Shown here: piece by piece, positions 1 through 9,410 of the stretch | Numbering within the stretch: position 1 is the first letter of the stretch | Layout of the letters: each line of letters opens with the position of its first letter | Assembly (NCBI GenBank): GCA_035716045.1 | Contig: DASTKI010000165.1 | Span: 80 to 64,079, forward strand | Length of the DNA: 64,000 nucleotides | Direction: 5' to 3' | Source: Ktedonobacterales bacterium | GTDB taxonomy: Bacteria; Chloroflexota; Ktedonobacteria; Ktedonobacterales; JADMIN01 | Position numbers and translations under genes: made by a program | Notes under the pieces: generated by a model | What the model was told of the DNA's origin: nothing | What the model saw: only the letters and a program-made list of their open reading frames with translations | Databases searched by the model: none

Positions 1-782
1 AACGGGCTCCAGCCGTAGAACAGCGCGCCCGCCAGCCGCCGCTCCGGCGCGATCCGCCCCAGAATCGCCCACACCAGCGCCACATTCACCAGATGCGCCA
101 GTAGCCCCACTAGCTTGAACAGCGCCACATACGCCGCCAGCCCACCGCCCAGGGCCGCCGCCAGCCGCGCCACCACATCCGACAGCCCCAGCCACACCGG
201 CCCGTAGACCGACCGCGTCGTCTGCCAGTACACCAGCGACAGGAACGGATCGCGCGGGAAGTCCGCTGGCGTCGCGATCAGCGGGTTCGCGTGATGCAGC
301 GCGCTGATGCGCCCGTAGAGGATATAGGAGAAGACATCATCTGAGGGCAGCGACGGCAGCAGCGCCAGCGTCACCCCCATCACCGCCGCCCCACCCAGCG
401 CCAGCCACAGCCCCCATCGAACGCCGCCCGCAGTGGTGCGGGGAGCTTGCGAAGGCAGGCTTGGCGGCGGAACGCCCTTAGGCGGTGTTTCAACCGCCCG
501 CGCCTCCCACGCCCGCCAGACTGCCAGCCCCCAGGCGCAGATCGCCCCCACCAGCAGCGTCGCGAACAGCGCCAGTTGCGGCCATCCCTGCGACGGCGTC
601 ACGCTCGCGTCCACCAGCGCCGCGCCGAACACCGTCCGCGCCGGCCAGAGCAGCCACGGCCACGCCCGCGCCAGCGGCGAGATCGTCTGTGTCACCCCAC
701 CCAGCGGCGCTACCGCGAACAGCGCCAGCAGAAATGCCTCGATTCCCGCCCCTGCCAGGATGACCCGTCGCCACACCGCCAT
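1..782 (-). CDS. Integral membrane GT-C-type glycosyltransferase (DUF2029/GT87-like), partial; the C-terminus runs off the window
   Basis: Reverse-strand ATG at 782 opens a frame with no stop down to position 1 (absent from the ORF track because it is open-ended). Own translation: MAVWRRVILAGAGIEAFLLALFAVAPLGG...SDDVFSYILYGRISALHHANPL...YGPVWLGLS. It is multi-TM and has the SxDVxxYxxxGR loop motif typical of this mannosyltransferase family. Confidence 0.55.
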   Translation of the reverse strand, partial: MAVWRRVILAGAGIEAFLLALFAVAPLGGVTQTISPLARAWPWLLWPARTVFGAALVDASVTPSQGWPQLALFATLLVGAICAWGLAVWRAWEARAVETPPKGVPPPSLPSQAPRTTAGGVRWGLWLALGGAAVMGVTLALLPSLPSDDVFSYILYGRISALHHANPLIATPADFPRDPFLSLVYWQTTRSVYGPVWLGLSDVVARLAAALGGGLAAYVALFKLVGLLAHLVNVALVWAILGRIAPERRLAGALFYGWSP

Positions 783-788
783 CCGCTT

Positions 789-822
789 CTCCCTCTCCCC
801 ATGGGAGAGGGAGCCAGGGGCC
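789..822 (+). repeat. Family A palindromic repeat (ccctctccc-loop-gggagaggg plus G-rich tail), copy 1
   Basis: ctccctctccc/cat/gggagagggag forms a perfect 11-bp stem followed by ccaggggcc. It lies between the stop of 833..2599 and the start of 1..782. Confidence 0.85.
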
Positions 823-832
823 GCCGCCCGCC

Positions 833-2599
833 CTATCGCCGCCACGACTGCCCGCCAGGCCCACCACCTGGCCCCTCCGGCGCGGATGGCCACAGCGGCG
901 CAGCTCCTTGCTGCGCGCCCGGCGACCCCGGCTGCGGCGTGGGCGGCTGCGCGCCCGACCATTGTGCGGGTCGCCTGCCCTCCGCGGGCCACAGCGGCGC
1001 GCCCGGCGCCTGTACGGGCGGCGCGGGTTGAGCGGGCGGCGCCTGTCCTGGGCGCGCGCCCGGCGGCGGAGGCTGCCCCACTCCTTGTGGCGCTGGCTGT
1101 GGCGTTGGTGGCTGCCATGGAGCCGGGGGAGCGGGCGTGGATTGCGGCGGTTGCCACGGCCCGCTCGGCGGCTGCGCAAGCTGGCCACCCGGCGGCGTCA
1201 TCGGCTGGGATCCCACCGGGCGGGCGGGCGGATTGCCAATGGACGCCACCGGCCCCATCGCCGCCCTGGCGCCCTCACCCGCCGGCGCGCCTCCCGGCGT
1301 TGCCTGTGGCTTGCGCGACCCCATCCGCACCCAGATCGCCCAGCCGAACAGCGCCATCGCTCCAGTCTGCGTGATCCCCAGCAGAATCGCGTCCAGCCGC
1401 CCAACGCTCTGTAGCTGGATGTATTGCGAGAACGTCCCCGCCACCAGCAAGAACGCCAGCGACAGCACCGGCCAGCGCCACAGCCCCGACCGCCGGTCGC
1501 GCAGCGTGGAGAACTCCCAGACCACGATAAAGATGAACGGCTCCAGATAGTAGTAGGGCCACACCTGCTTGCTCAACATCGGCGTCGCCAGCGCGCCCAA
1601 CGCCACCAGCGCCCACACGTCCTCGTCACGCGCCGTCAGTCGTAGCCGCCGCGCCGCCAGCCACGTCACTACCGCTACCACCAGGATCACGGCATACATG
1701 TCCAGCCGCCGCGCCGCCGCGTCCACCAGATACCGCAGATGGTTGAGCGTCCCATCCGGCGAGCCCGTATACGCGAACAGCGCCCAGATCGAATCGCTGC
1801 CGATCTGCGCGCTGCCGCGCCACGAGACGAAGGTATACATCGCGTCCGCCCGGTCGAAGAGGAAGAACGGCGCCAGCCCCAGCGCCGCCACCAGCGCGCT
1901 CACCCCACCGAACGCCGCCAGCGTCCGCCATGCCCGCGTCAGCAGCAACAGCAGCCCCAGCGCGATCAGCGGGATCTGCGCCGTCGTCCGCGTCAGGAAC
2001 GCCAGCCCCGCCAGCAGACCCGCCAACTCCGGCCTATTCCGCTGCAGGAGCAAGACCGCCCCGAGCAGCAGGCACAGCATCAACGGCTGCTCGACGTGGT
2101 ACCAGATCGAATACGTCTGCCATGTCAACGGCGAGAGCGTCACCAGCGCATAGACCAGCAGCCGCTGCGCCTCCGGCGCGCCAGGATACAGCCGGTCCAT
2201 CACGCGCAGGCACAGATAGCCCAGCGCCGGGACCAGCACGATGAACGGCAGCGTTACGAACGTGATCAGCTCGCCATAATTCCCCGCGAACCCCAACGTC
2301 CGCGCCAGTCCCAGTAGCGGCGTCATCAGGAAGATGCTCAGCGGCGGATTGTAGTTTGGATACGTCAGGTCAGCCCGCACCGCGTACATCTGCCACACCT
2401 GCCCGCGCAGGATGTAGTCCGCCGACTTCAGGAAGAAGTTCGTCAGGTCGCTGTCAGCGATCGTCACTACGGCCCGCGTGCCGCGCACGATCGAGGTCGC
2501 GCCCAGCAGCAGGGAGATCGCCGTGACCAGCGCGAACATCCAGCGCGGCGCCCGCACGGGCACATTGGCGGAAGCGGCATCTGGGGCGGGTGATCGCAT
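833..2599 (-). CDS. Polytopic membrane protein, probable GT-C glycosyltransferase, with a long Pro/Gln-rich C-terminal tail
   Basis: ORF 833..2875 trimmed to ATG 2599 (MRSPAPDAAS...). The upstream extension reads through two family A repeats and is not credible. The body has at least 10 hydrophobic segments. The last ~190 aa are low-complexity PPxxPWQPP-type sequence. Confidence 0.6.
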   Translation of the reverse strand: MRSPAPDAASANVPVRAPRWMFALVTAISLLLGATSIVRGTRAVVTIADSDLTNFFLKSADYILRGQVWQMYAVRADLTYPNYNPPLSIFLMTPLLGLARTLGFAGNYGELITFVTLPFIVLVPALGYLCLRVMDRLYPGAPEAQRLLVYALVTLSPLTWQTYSIWYHVEQPLMLCLLLGAVLLLQRNRPELAGLLAGLAFLTRTTAQIPLIALGLLLLLTRAWRTLAAFGGVSALVAALGLAPFFLFDRADAMYTFVSWRGSAQIGSDSIWALFAYTGSPDGTLNHLRYLVDAAARRLDMYAVILVVAVVTWLAARRLRLTARDEDVWALVALGALATPMLSKQVWPYYYLEPFIFIVVWEFSTLRDRRSGLWRWPVLSLAFLLVAGTFSQYIQLQSVGRLDAILLGITQTGAMALFGWAIWVRMGSRKPQATPGGAPAGEGARAAMGPVASIGNPPARPVGSQPMTPPGGQLAQPPSGPWQPPQSTPAPPAPWQPPTPQPAPQGVGQPPPPGARPGQAPPAQPAPPVQAPGAPLWPAEGRRPAQWSGAQPPTPQPGSPGAQQGAAPLWPSAPEGPGGGPGGQSWRR

Positions 2600-2690
2600 A
2601 TTGTCTGTTATCCTCGCACTCCGCGCCGTCCACAACCCGCTCCGCCCTAACAAGCGAATGCGCGCCATCTCCTGCCCGCTTGCGTCGCGG

Positions 2691-2727
2691 CCCCTCTCCC
2701 CACAAGGAGAGAGGTAGGGGGTGAGGC
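2691..2727 (+). repeat. Family A palindromic repeat, copy 2
   Basis: cccctctccccacaaggagagaggtagggggtgaggc. Confidence 0.85.
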
Positions 2728-2862
2728 CCGGCGCCCCATGCGACCGCGCGCGCTCCACGCGCGCAGCCGACATCCGAAGCGAGTGTAGCACACCTCTGGC
2801 CAGCCGCGCGCGCCGCCTGCCCCATCGGGCCAAACTCGCCAAATCCCGCGCCCACAAAAAGG

Positions 2863-2899
2863 CCCCTCTCCCCAAAGGGAGAGGGGGTTGGGGTGAGGT
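2863..2899 (+). repeat. Family A palindromic repeat, copy 3
   Basis: cccctctccccaaagggagagggggttggggtgaggtc. Confidence 0.85.
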
Positions 2900-2905
2900 C
2901 TGCCC

Positions 2906-3493
2906 CTACCATACCCGCGGCAGCCGCTCCGCCAGCGCGCGCCGCCATTCCGCCGACGCGTCCGCCCGCACCAGCCAGCCGCCGACACCCAGCGCCAGCC
3001 CGGCGCCTGCGATCCACACGCTCCAGGCGATCTCCTCTGGCCCCGGCGTCGCCAGCAGTTGCAGCACATCAGGCCCGAGCCGCATCGCGGCGCCCGCCAG
3101 CCCGCTCTCGGGATATGTCCGCCACCATATGCCCACCGCCACGATCAGCGCCACCACTACCCCCACCAGGCGCAGGCCTGGCCCGCGCCAGAATACCGCC
3201 CGCGCCTGCCACGTCGCCATGCGCCGCATGCGCGCGCGCGCCAACTCAGCCGCCCGCTGCGCCTCATAAGCCGCCACGCGCCGCATGATCTGGTCCGCCA
3301 GTTCCGATGGGACCTGCGCCCGCGCCATCGGGTCCGCCTCGCGCAGCGCCGGCTCCGCCAGCCGCAGCCGCGCCAGGTCCCGCCGACACCCAGCGCACCC
3401 CGCCAGGTGGCGCTCCAACTGGAGCGCCCCGCGCGCATTCAGCCGCTCATCCAGATACAGGTTCATCAAGACGCCAGCGCGCGCATGCCTCAT
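2906..3493 (-). CDS. Anti-sigma factor (zf-HC2 type, single TM)
   Basis: N-terminal LDERLNARGALQLERHLAGCAGCRRDL matches the HxxxCxxC anti-sigma zinc motif. There is a central TM (LVGVVVALIVAVGIWW). The ATGA start/stop overlap with the upstream sigma gene (3490-3493) suggests translational coupling. Confidence 0.75.
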   Translation of the reverse strand: MRHARAGVLMNLYLDERLNARGALQLERHLAGCAGCRRDLARLRLAEPALREADPMARAQVPSELADQIMRRVAAYEAQRAAELARARMRRMATWQARAVFWRGPGLRLVGVVVALIVAVGIWWRTYPESGLAGAAMRLGPDVLQLLATPGPEEIAWSVWIAGAGLALGVGGWLVRADASAEWRRALAERLPRVW

Positions 3494-4335
3494 GACCGCT
3501 CCTCCTCACCCGGCGTCTCCGCCATCCCTGACGCCTCGTGCCCACGCTCGAACCATGCGCGCAAACCCGCCTCGATGGAGTCAATCGTCGCTTGCAAGCT
3601 GGCGCGCAGATCATCCGCGCGCGACAACCCCTCGTCGCGCGCGCGCTCCAGGTCGCTCAGCCGCTCTTTAAGGAGCGCCCGCGCCCGGAAGAGGTGCGTC
3701 TTCACCGTCCCAATCGGCACGCGCATGACCTCGGCGATCTCCTCGTAGCTCAGCTCCTGCAAGTGCCGCAGCACCAGCGCGTAGCAGTATTTCGCCGGCA
3801 GCAGCGCGATCTCCGCGCGCACCGCCTCGCGCACCTCCGCCTCCGCGGCGCGCGCCAGCCCGCTGGCTAGCGCCCCCTGCTCACGCGCGCGCTCGGCGAC
3901 CATCTCCGCCCGCGCCGCCTCATCGCGCCGCCGCCCCTCGCTCACCTTCAGACAATGCCGGTACGTAATGCGGTACAACCACGTCGCGAAGCGCGCCTCC
4001 TCACGGAACCGCCCTAGCCCCTGCCACGCCGCCAGAAACACATCCTGCGTCGCTTCGCTCGCCTCCTCAGGATCCCGCAGCATCCGCAAGGCAAGCGCGT
4101 ACACCTGCCGCTGGTGCAGCCGCACCAGCGCCCCAAACGCCTCCTGATCGCCCGCACGCGCCCGGCCGATCAACGCCGCCTCGCTAGCCACCAGCGCGTC
4201 TCCGCGCGCCGCGTCGCCAGGGCGCGGCAGCGAGACGCCATCGAGGCCGCCCGCCGTCGCCATATAGCTTGTCACCCACTCATCCATACCGGGATGGAGC
4301 GGCTGACTCGAAGAAATGTTTCGCGCGTCGTCCAA
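3490..4335 (-). CDS. ECF-type RNA polymerase sigma-70 family factor
   Basis: Region 2 (QEAFGALVRLHQRQVYALALRMLRDPEEASEATQDVFLAAW) and region 4 HTH (LSYEEIAEVMRVPIGTVKTHLFRAR). The true start may be an internal Met (4287 or 4263). Confidence 0.85.
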   Translation of the reverse strand: MDDARNISSSQPLHPGMDEWVTSYMATAGGLDGVSLPRPGDAARGDALVASEAALIGRARAGDQEAFGALVRLHQRQVYALALRMLRDPEEASEATQDVFLAAWQGLGRFREEARFATWLYRITYRHCLKVSEGRRRDEAARAEMVAERAREQGALASGLARAAEAEVREAVRAEIALLPAKYCYALVLRHLQELSYEEIAEVMRVPIGTVKTHLFRARALLKERLSDLERARDEGLSRADDLRASLQATIDSIEAGLRAWFERGHEASGMAETPGEEERS

Positions 4336-4402
4336 CTCGCCTGCCTGCGTCTCTCATGACCGCTCGCCACGCTACTCGCGCCGAACCCGCCCCTCCACGC
4401 GC

Positions 4403-4440
4403 CCCCTCTCCCTGTGGGAGAGAGGGCCGGGGGTGAGGTC
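4403..4440 (+). repeat. Family A palindromic repeat, copy 4
   Basis: ccccctctccctgtgggagagagggccgggggtgaggtc, upstream of the sigma factor gene. Confidence 0.85.
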
Positions 4441-4640
4441 GCCCCCATCGTACACCATCTGGCATACCATGGCTACCAAGGGAGCGCGGCTACATAGTCT
4501 TTCCATGCTCACGGACAGCGGACCTTGCGCAAGCGCGGCGCCTTACGATACGGATGCGCCGCGCAACGCCACATCCCATTCACCCATGCGCCACGAGCGT
4601 GGCTCTCGCGGAGGGATACGCAAACACAGCGCGCCATCAT

Positions 4641-5291
4641 TCAGCCAGCGCCCTCGGCATCCGCAGTGGCATGTTCCTCAAGCGCTGATCGCAGGAGCGC
4701 GCTCGCCGACCAGCCCATCAGTTCGACCGCCTCCTCACGGGATAGCCCGGCGACATCCGTCAGCCAGACGAGCGCCTCGATCCCTACGGCGCTCCTGATC
4801 GCGAGCGCGAGCCTGTGGAGTTGCGGCTCCGGCAGCCGCCCGCGCAGCGGCGCGAGCGCCTCCTCGATCCAGACGACCGCTCGCCCTGTGCGGAACGGCA
4901 AGTCGGGGCGCGCGGCGCCAGCGCCGTCGTCGGCCTCGTCACGCTCGAGTGAGAGCCGGAGTTGGGCGCGCAGTTCTGGCTCATGCTCGACGATCAGGCG
5001 CCCAAGCGCTTCGACAGCCGCCGCCAGGCGCGCCTCCGGGTCCTGCGACGTGTGCTCCGGCAGGAGCGACGGCGCCGTGACCTGAGGGAACGTCGCAACC
5101 AGCAGCGCGCGCTGGTTCGGGAAATAGCGATACGCGGTCGTGCGCGACACCCCAGCCGCGTCGGCCGCCTGCTCAACCGTTGGCGTCACGCCCTGGGAGA
5201 GCAGCTCGCGCGCGGCCTCGACGAGTGCCCGGCGTGTGCGCGCTTTCTGCTGGACACGCCCAGTGCGCTCATATGGCATTGACATACTCAT
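4641..5291 (-). CDS. TetR family transcriptional regulator
   Basis: The 406-aa ORF 4641..5861 trimmed to MSMSMPYERTGRVQQKARTRRALVEAARELLSQGVTPTVEQAADAAGVSRTTAYRYF (TetR HTH). The upstream part of the ORF is antisense to the cupin gene. Divergent from 5379..5864. Confidence 0.85.
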   Translation of the reverse strand: MSMSMPYERTGRVQQKARTRRALVEAARELLSQGVTPTVEQAADAAGVSRTTAYRYFPNQRALLVATFPQVTAPSLLPEHTSQDPEARLAAAVEALGRLIVEHEPELRAQLRLSLERDEADDGAGAARPDLPFRTGRAVVWIEEALAPLRGRLPEPQLHRLALAIRSAVGIEALVWLTDVAGLSREEAVELMGWSASALLRSALEEHATADAEGAG

Positions 5292-5378
5292 GATGATAGT
5301 ATAACATACCATCATGGTACTTGAGTCCCATGTTCTCGTTGATGCCCCCTCTAGCAGTCGAAGAGAAAGGAACCAGCC

Positions 5379-5864
5379 ATGAGTGGCGCTCCGCTCATGC
5401 TCGCCGCGCGCGATGGCGAGAACCTCTTCTATGACGGCGGCCTCTTGACGTTCAAGGCCACTGGCGCCCAGACCGACGACGCGCTGTTGCTGTTCGAAGT
5501 CCATATGCCTCAGGGCAAGGCCACCCCGCTGCACGTCCACCCCGATGCGGACGAAACCTTCTATGTGCTCGATGGCGAGGTGCGGGTACACGTCGAGGGC
5601 GCGGATGACCGGACCGTCTCCAAAGACAGCGTCGTCATGATTCCTCGTGGCGCGGCCCACGCCTTCATGGTCGTCTCGCAGGTCGCGCACCTGCTGGTAA
5701 TCATGACGCCAGCCAGCACGATCAGCGAAACCTTCTTCCGCCTGGCCGGTGAGCCCGCGCCCGACCCCACGCTGCCGCCGCCACCATCCAACATGGAGCG
5801 CTTCGCCGCCGCCGCCGCGCAATCGGGAATGAAGGTCCTCGGCCCGCCGCCATTCGGCCACTAG
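5379..5864 (+). CDS. Cupin domain protein
   Basis: PLHVHPDADETFYVLDGEVRV...IPRGAAHAF matches the two cupin motifs. An AGGAA-type RBS (gaaaggaacc) precedes the ATG. Confidence 0.8.
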   Translation: MSGAPLMLAARDGENLFYDGGLLTFKATGAQTDDALLLFEVHMPQGKATPLHVHPDADETFYVLDGEVRVHVEGADDRTVSKDSVVMIPRGAAHAFMVVSQVAHLLVIMTPASTISETFFRLAGEPAPDPTLPPPPSNMERFAAAAAQSGMKVLGPPPFGH

Positions 5865-6233
5865 GTGAGCCCGGCCCTCCGGTGGCGGCCGGCGGCGCCG
5901 GCGGCGGTCCCTGCCGCTCCAGCCACAGCGGATTCCCGCTCATACCGCGGCGACACGAAGTCGAAGATGGCTGGCTATGAGCTGTGGCCCCACCCAGCAT
6001 GGCCAGTCATGGCACAGGATGCGGTTCGCTTGGCATGTACCCTGATTTCACATGAGCCCTGCCCCACGTGTCGCTGCGATACCGAAGCAAATCTCCGGAT
6101 TAGGTGGACGCCGCGGTGTGATCGCATGAGACGCTCGAGCAAACGCTCTCATCTTTGATTCAAGCGCTTGCCGAGGCCGAAAGCGCGCTCTACCGCGGCG
6201 TGGCAGAGCCAGTCGCGGTGCTCCCCCAGGCGC

Positions 6234-6272
6234 CCATGTCAGCCCACCATGTCAGCCCACCATGTCAGCCCA
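6234..6272 (+). repeat. Perfect 13-nt x3 tandem repeat (ccatgtcagccca) in the leader of the secreted-protein gene
   Basis: Counted directly: three identical units at 6234-6246, 6247-6259 and 6260-6272, just upstream of the RBS aggaagag and GTG 6296. Confidence 0.95.
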
Positions 6273-6295
6273 ATACAGAAAGGAAGAGACTTTCC

Positions 6296-6853
6296 GTGAA
6301 GCGTTTGTTCCTTGGGAAGCGTTTGTTTCTTGGCAGTCTGCTCGCTGTGACGCTAGTCGCCGCCCTGGCGATCAGCCGCGTCCAGGCGGCACATGCGGAT
6401 ACCACGAATCCCGACTTCGGCAGCGTCTTGTCGGCGATTGACCGCACCCAGCAGACCAATGCAACCCTCGCGAGCCTCTCCGGTGTCGTTGCAGGCGATA
6501 TCAGCCTTGTCAATGTGGCGCCACTCCTTCCGCCCAATCCGATCCTTCCGCCCAATCCGATCCTTCCGCCTAGCCCGATCCTCGCGTTCCATGAGGCAGT
6601 GGCCCGCAACGCAGTCGATATCCTGACGCTGCGGACAACGTTCACTAACCTGAATGTCCTCGAGCAGTCGAACTGCACAGACTGCACGCTGGGAACCCTT
6701 GACGGGTATCTCAGTGACCACGGTATCGCCTTGAATGACGTGGTCACGGCCGACCTGTCCGGCGCGCGGCTCACTGTGTACTACTTCATTCCTACGGAAC
6801 CCTGCGTTCAAAACCCGCTGAGCGCCTGCGACGAGCCGGGACTCAGCGGCTAG
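6296..6853 (+). CDS. Secreted hypothetical protein with internal tandem repeats
   Basis: GTG 6296 is in frame with ORF 6155..6853 and preceded by gaaaggaagag. Signal-peptide-like KRLFLGKRLFLGSLLAVTLVAALAISRVQAAHA. An 18-nt duplication gives KRLFLG x2 and an 18-nt x3 repeat gives PPNPIL/PPNPIL/PPSPIL. Locally lower GC. Confidence 0.55.
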   Translation: MKRLFLGKRLFLGSLLAVTLVAALAISRVQAAHADTTNPDFGSVLSAIDRTQQTNATLASLSGVVAGDISLVNVAPLLPPNPILPPNPILPPSPILAFHEAVARNAVDILTLRTTFTNLNVLEQSNCTDCTLGTLDGYLSDHGIALNDVVTADLSGARLTVYYFIPTEPCVQNPLSACDEPGLSG

Positions 6854-7083
6854 CGCTGGCTAGCGGCGCGATTTGGGAGCCGTGAGCGGAGACTTCCAGC
6901 CCGGATGGTGCGCGAGTAGCGGGACGCACGAGCATATCATTGGATCGAGGCTGGACCGAGGCGCCCGGGAGGAGGCGTAGGCGCGCTCATCGCCCGCTAC
7001 CCACCCGAAGAGGCCTGAGCCACTGCCTCAAAGCGACCGCTCCGCGCAAACAGGCAAGCGCGACCCGAAGAATATCTGAACAA

Positions 7084-7121
7084 TCGAACGGCCCTGAGAG
7101 CATGCTCTCAGGGCCGTTCGA
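7084..7121. repeat. 38-nt perfect palindrome (possible terminator or operator)
   Basis: tcgaacggccctgagagca|tgctctcagggccgttcga; the two arms are exact reverse complements. Intergenic, with no T-tract. Confidence 0.9.
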
Positions 7122-7459
7122 TGTCTGAGAGCGACCAGGCGGGATTTGGTGGACGCCGAGCGCCACCCATCCGATCCAGATCGCCGCTGCGCGCTGTACT
7201 ACTGCTGATATACTGAAGGGTCGGTTTTCACAAATCATCTGGCGCGCCATCGTGTCGCTGTCAGGAAGAAGGAGCCGCCGCCATGCGCCCGCCCGCGACC
7301 ATCATACTGCTCAACGGCGTGCGGTACGCGACTTCATCGCCCATCACGCCCCCACGGCGTTTGGTCTCCTCCGCCAATCGCCGCCCCCACTGCCGTAGGG
7401 ACAGGACCAGGCGCCACATGCTCTTGAGATGATCGCGCGGATGGAAAGGAAGAGAGGCG

Positions 7460-7975
7460 ATGCAGTTCCCGGCGATCGTCATCGTTCCTGCCCAGAGCAA
7501 CAATGTCGTGGCGGATGTCACGCGCCTGATGGAACCATATGATTTCGCGCGAACCGTACCGCCGCGCAAGGAATATGTGCCGCAAGATGAGCTCGACTAT
7601 CTGCTCGAGGTCTACGGTCCGTACGGGCTCCACCGCGACAACGTGGAGGCGGTCGTGGCCGAGCTGGAAGAGGATACAGGCTTCGAGTGTGGACACGATG
7701 AAGGCGGATTCTGGTATATGACCACGGACAATCCCCAGGGCAAGTGGGACGGTTGGATGCTGCAGAGCCTGCAGACCGACTCCTGGCCGGCCACGGCGGC
7801 TCTGCCCGAGCGTCTCAATCCCGCTGCCATCGTCACGCCAGATGGCATTTGGTATGACTTAGAGGCGCGGTGGGACATGAGCGACGAGCAGAAAGAGGCG
7901 CTGCGGGCACGCGCCGCCGAACGCCTGGCGCAGTACCCATCTCATCTGGCAGTCCTGTTGCATTGCCACAGCTAA
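7460..7975 (+). CDS. Hypothetical protein
   Basis: 171-aa ORF with an RBS (ggaaaggaagagagg) before the ATG, acidic soluble composition and no antisense competitor of similar quality. No family recognised. Confidence 0.55.
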   Translation: MQFPAIVIVPAQSNNVVADVTRLMEPYDFARTVPPRKEYVPQDELDYLLEVYGPYGLHRDNVEAVVAELEEDTGFECGHDEGGFWYMTTDNPQGKWDGWMLQSLQTDSWPATAALPERLNPAAIVTPDGIWYDLEARWDMSDEQKEALRARAAERLAQYPSHLAVLLHCHS

Positions 7976-8054
7976 GCTACCAGCCATTCAGGCTCCCGAG
8001 CGGCTTAGTCAACGCATCACCAGTAGCTGTAGCGCTCGACTTCCGAAAACGCTT

Positions 8055-9410
8055 TTAGCCCTCCAGCAGCAGCGACTCCGGATCCTCCACCAGCTCCTTG
8101 ATGCGGACCAGGAAGCGTACCGCCTCGTTCCCGTCCACAATGCGGTGGTCGTACGACAGTGCGACGTACATCATCGGATGGACGACCACCTGCCCATTCA
8201 CCGCGACCGGGCGCTCCTGGATCTTGTGCATGCCGAGGATGCCGACCTGCGGCCCGTTCAGGATCGGCGTCGAGAGCAGCGAGCCGAAGACGCCGCCGTT
8301 GGTGATGGTGAACGTGCCGCCGCGAATGTCCTCCAGGCTCAGCTGGTTCTTGCGCGCCTTATCGGCGAAGACCGCGATGCGTCGCTCGATCTCGGCGAAC
8401 GACATCCGGTCCGCGTCGCCCAGCACTGGCACCACCAGCCCCTCCTCCACGCCGACCGCGATACCGATATCGTAATGGCGCTTCAGCACCATCTCATCGC
8501 CCTGGATCTCGGCGTTCAAGCGTGGGAAGGCCTTCAGCGCGCCGATCACCGCCTTGGTGAAGAACGACATGTAGCCCAGGCTCACGCCGTAGCGCTCCTT
8601 GAAGGCGTCGCGCCGTCGCTTGCGCACCTCCATCACCGCTGACATGTCAATCTCATTGAACGTCGTCAGCATCGCCGCCGTATGCTGCGCCTCCACCAGC
8701 CGCCGCGCGATGGTCTGCCGCCGCCGCGACATCCGCACCCGCTCCTCCCGTGGCGCCACCGCCGCAACCGGCGCGCTGACGAGCGGCTGAACGGGAGCTG
8801 GCGCTGGGCGTGCCGCGGGTTGTGGCGCTGGGTGCGGCATGGGCTGCGGCGTGGGCTGGGCAGGCTCAGGCGCCACGGGCGCGGCCTGCGTGGTGGTAGT
8901 AGTAGTGAGCGCCTCATGGCCCGCGAGATACGCCTCGACATCCTCCTGCGTGATCTTGCCTCCCGCGCCGGTCCCGCTGATCGCATGCAGGTCCACATGC
9001 CGCTCGGCGGCGATGCGCCGCGCCACCGGCGTCGCGCGCGCGCCGTTCATCGGCTGCGCCTCCGTGGCCGCCTCCGCGGGGGCTGGGGTCGCCGCTTGAG
9101 GTGGCGCTGCGGTCATCGGGACTGAAGTCGCCGCGGCGCCATCGCGCGTGGCGGACGCCTCGCGCTCCGGCTGGCCCTCGCTCACCCGCGCCAGGACCTC
9201 GCCCACGCCGACCGTCTCACCCTCGCCCTTGACGATGCTGGCGAGCGTCCCATCGCCCGGCGAGGTCACCTCGACATTGACCTTGTCCGTCTCCAGCTCC
9301 ACCAGCGGCTCGCCTGCCGTCACCGCGTCGCCCTCGCCCTTGCGCCATTTGCCCACCGTCGCCTCGACGATGGATTCGCCAAGCTGCGGGACCGTGATCT
9401 CAGTCAACAT
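8055..9410 (-). CDS. sucB: Dihydrolipoamide succinyltransferase (2-oxoglutarate dehydrogenase E2)
   Basis: Trimmed to [22 protein letters not shown]. Lipoyl motif [12 protein letters not shown]3-binding domain [33 protein letters not shown], and catalytic [10 protein letters not shown]. Confidence 0.9.
   Translation of the reverse strand: MLTEITVPQLGESIVEATVGKWRKGEGDAVTAGEPLVELETDKVNVEVTSPGDGTLASIVKGEGETVGVGEVLARVSEGQPEREASATRDGAAATSVPMTAAPPQAATPAPAEAATEAQPMNGARATPVARRIAAERHVDLHAISGTGAGGKITQEDVEAYLAGHEALTTTTTTQAAPVAPEPAQPTPQPMPHPAPQPAARPAPAPVQPLVSAPVAAVAPREERVRMSRRRQTIARRLVEAQHTAAMLTTFNEIDMSAVMEVRKRRRDAFKERYGVSLGYMSFFTKAVIGALKAFPRLNAEIQGDEMVLKRHYDIGIAVGVEEGLVVPVLGDADRMSFAEIERRIAVFADKARKNQLSLEDIRGGTFTITNGGVFGSLLSTPILNGPQVGILGMHKIQERPVAVNGQVVVHPMMYVALSYDHRIVDGNEAVRFLVRIKELVEDPESLLLEG

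Noticed and set aside
433-1374. 313-aa plus-strand ORF, with overlapping ORFs 447..1031, 490..1188 and 908..1414
   Set aside because: Arg/Pro/Ala-rich composition typical of off-frame or antisense reading of high-GC DNA. It overlaps the better-supported minus-strand membrane genes and the Pro-rich tail of 833..2599.
4641-5861. Full 406-aa ORF as a single gene
   Set aside because: Only the C-terminal ~215 aa (from about 5291) form a TetR regulator. The N-terminal half is antisense to the well-supported cupin gene 5379..5864.
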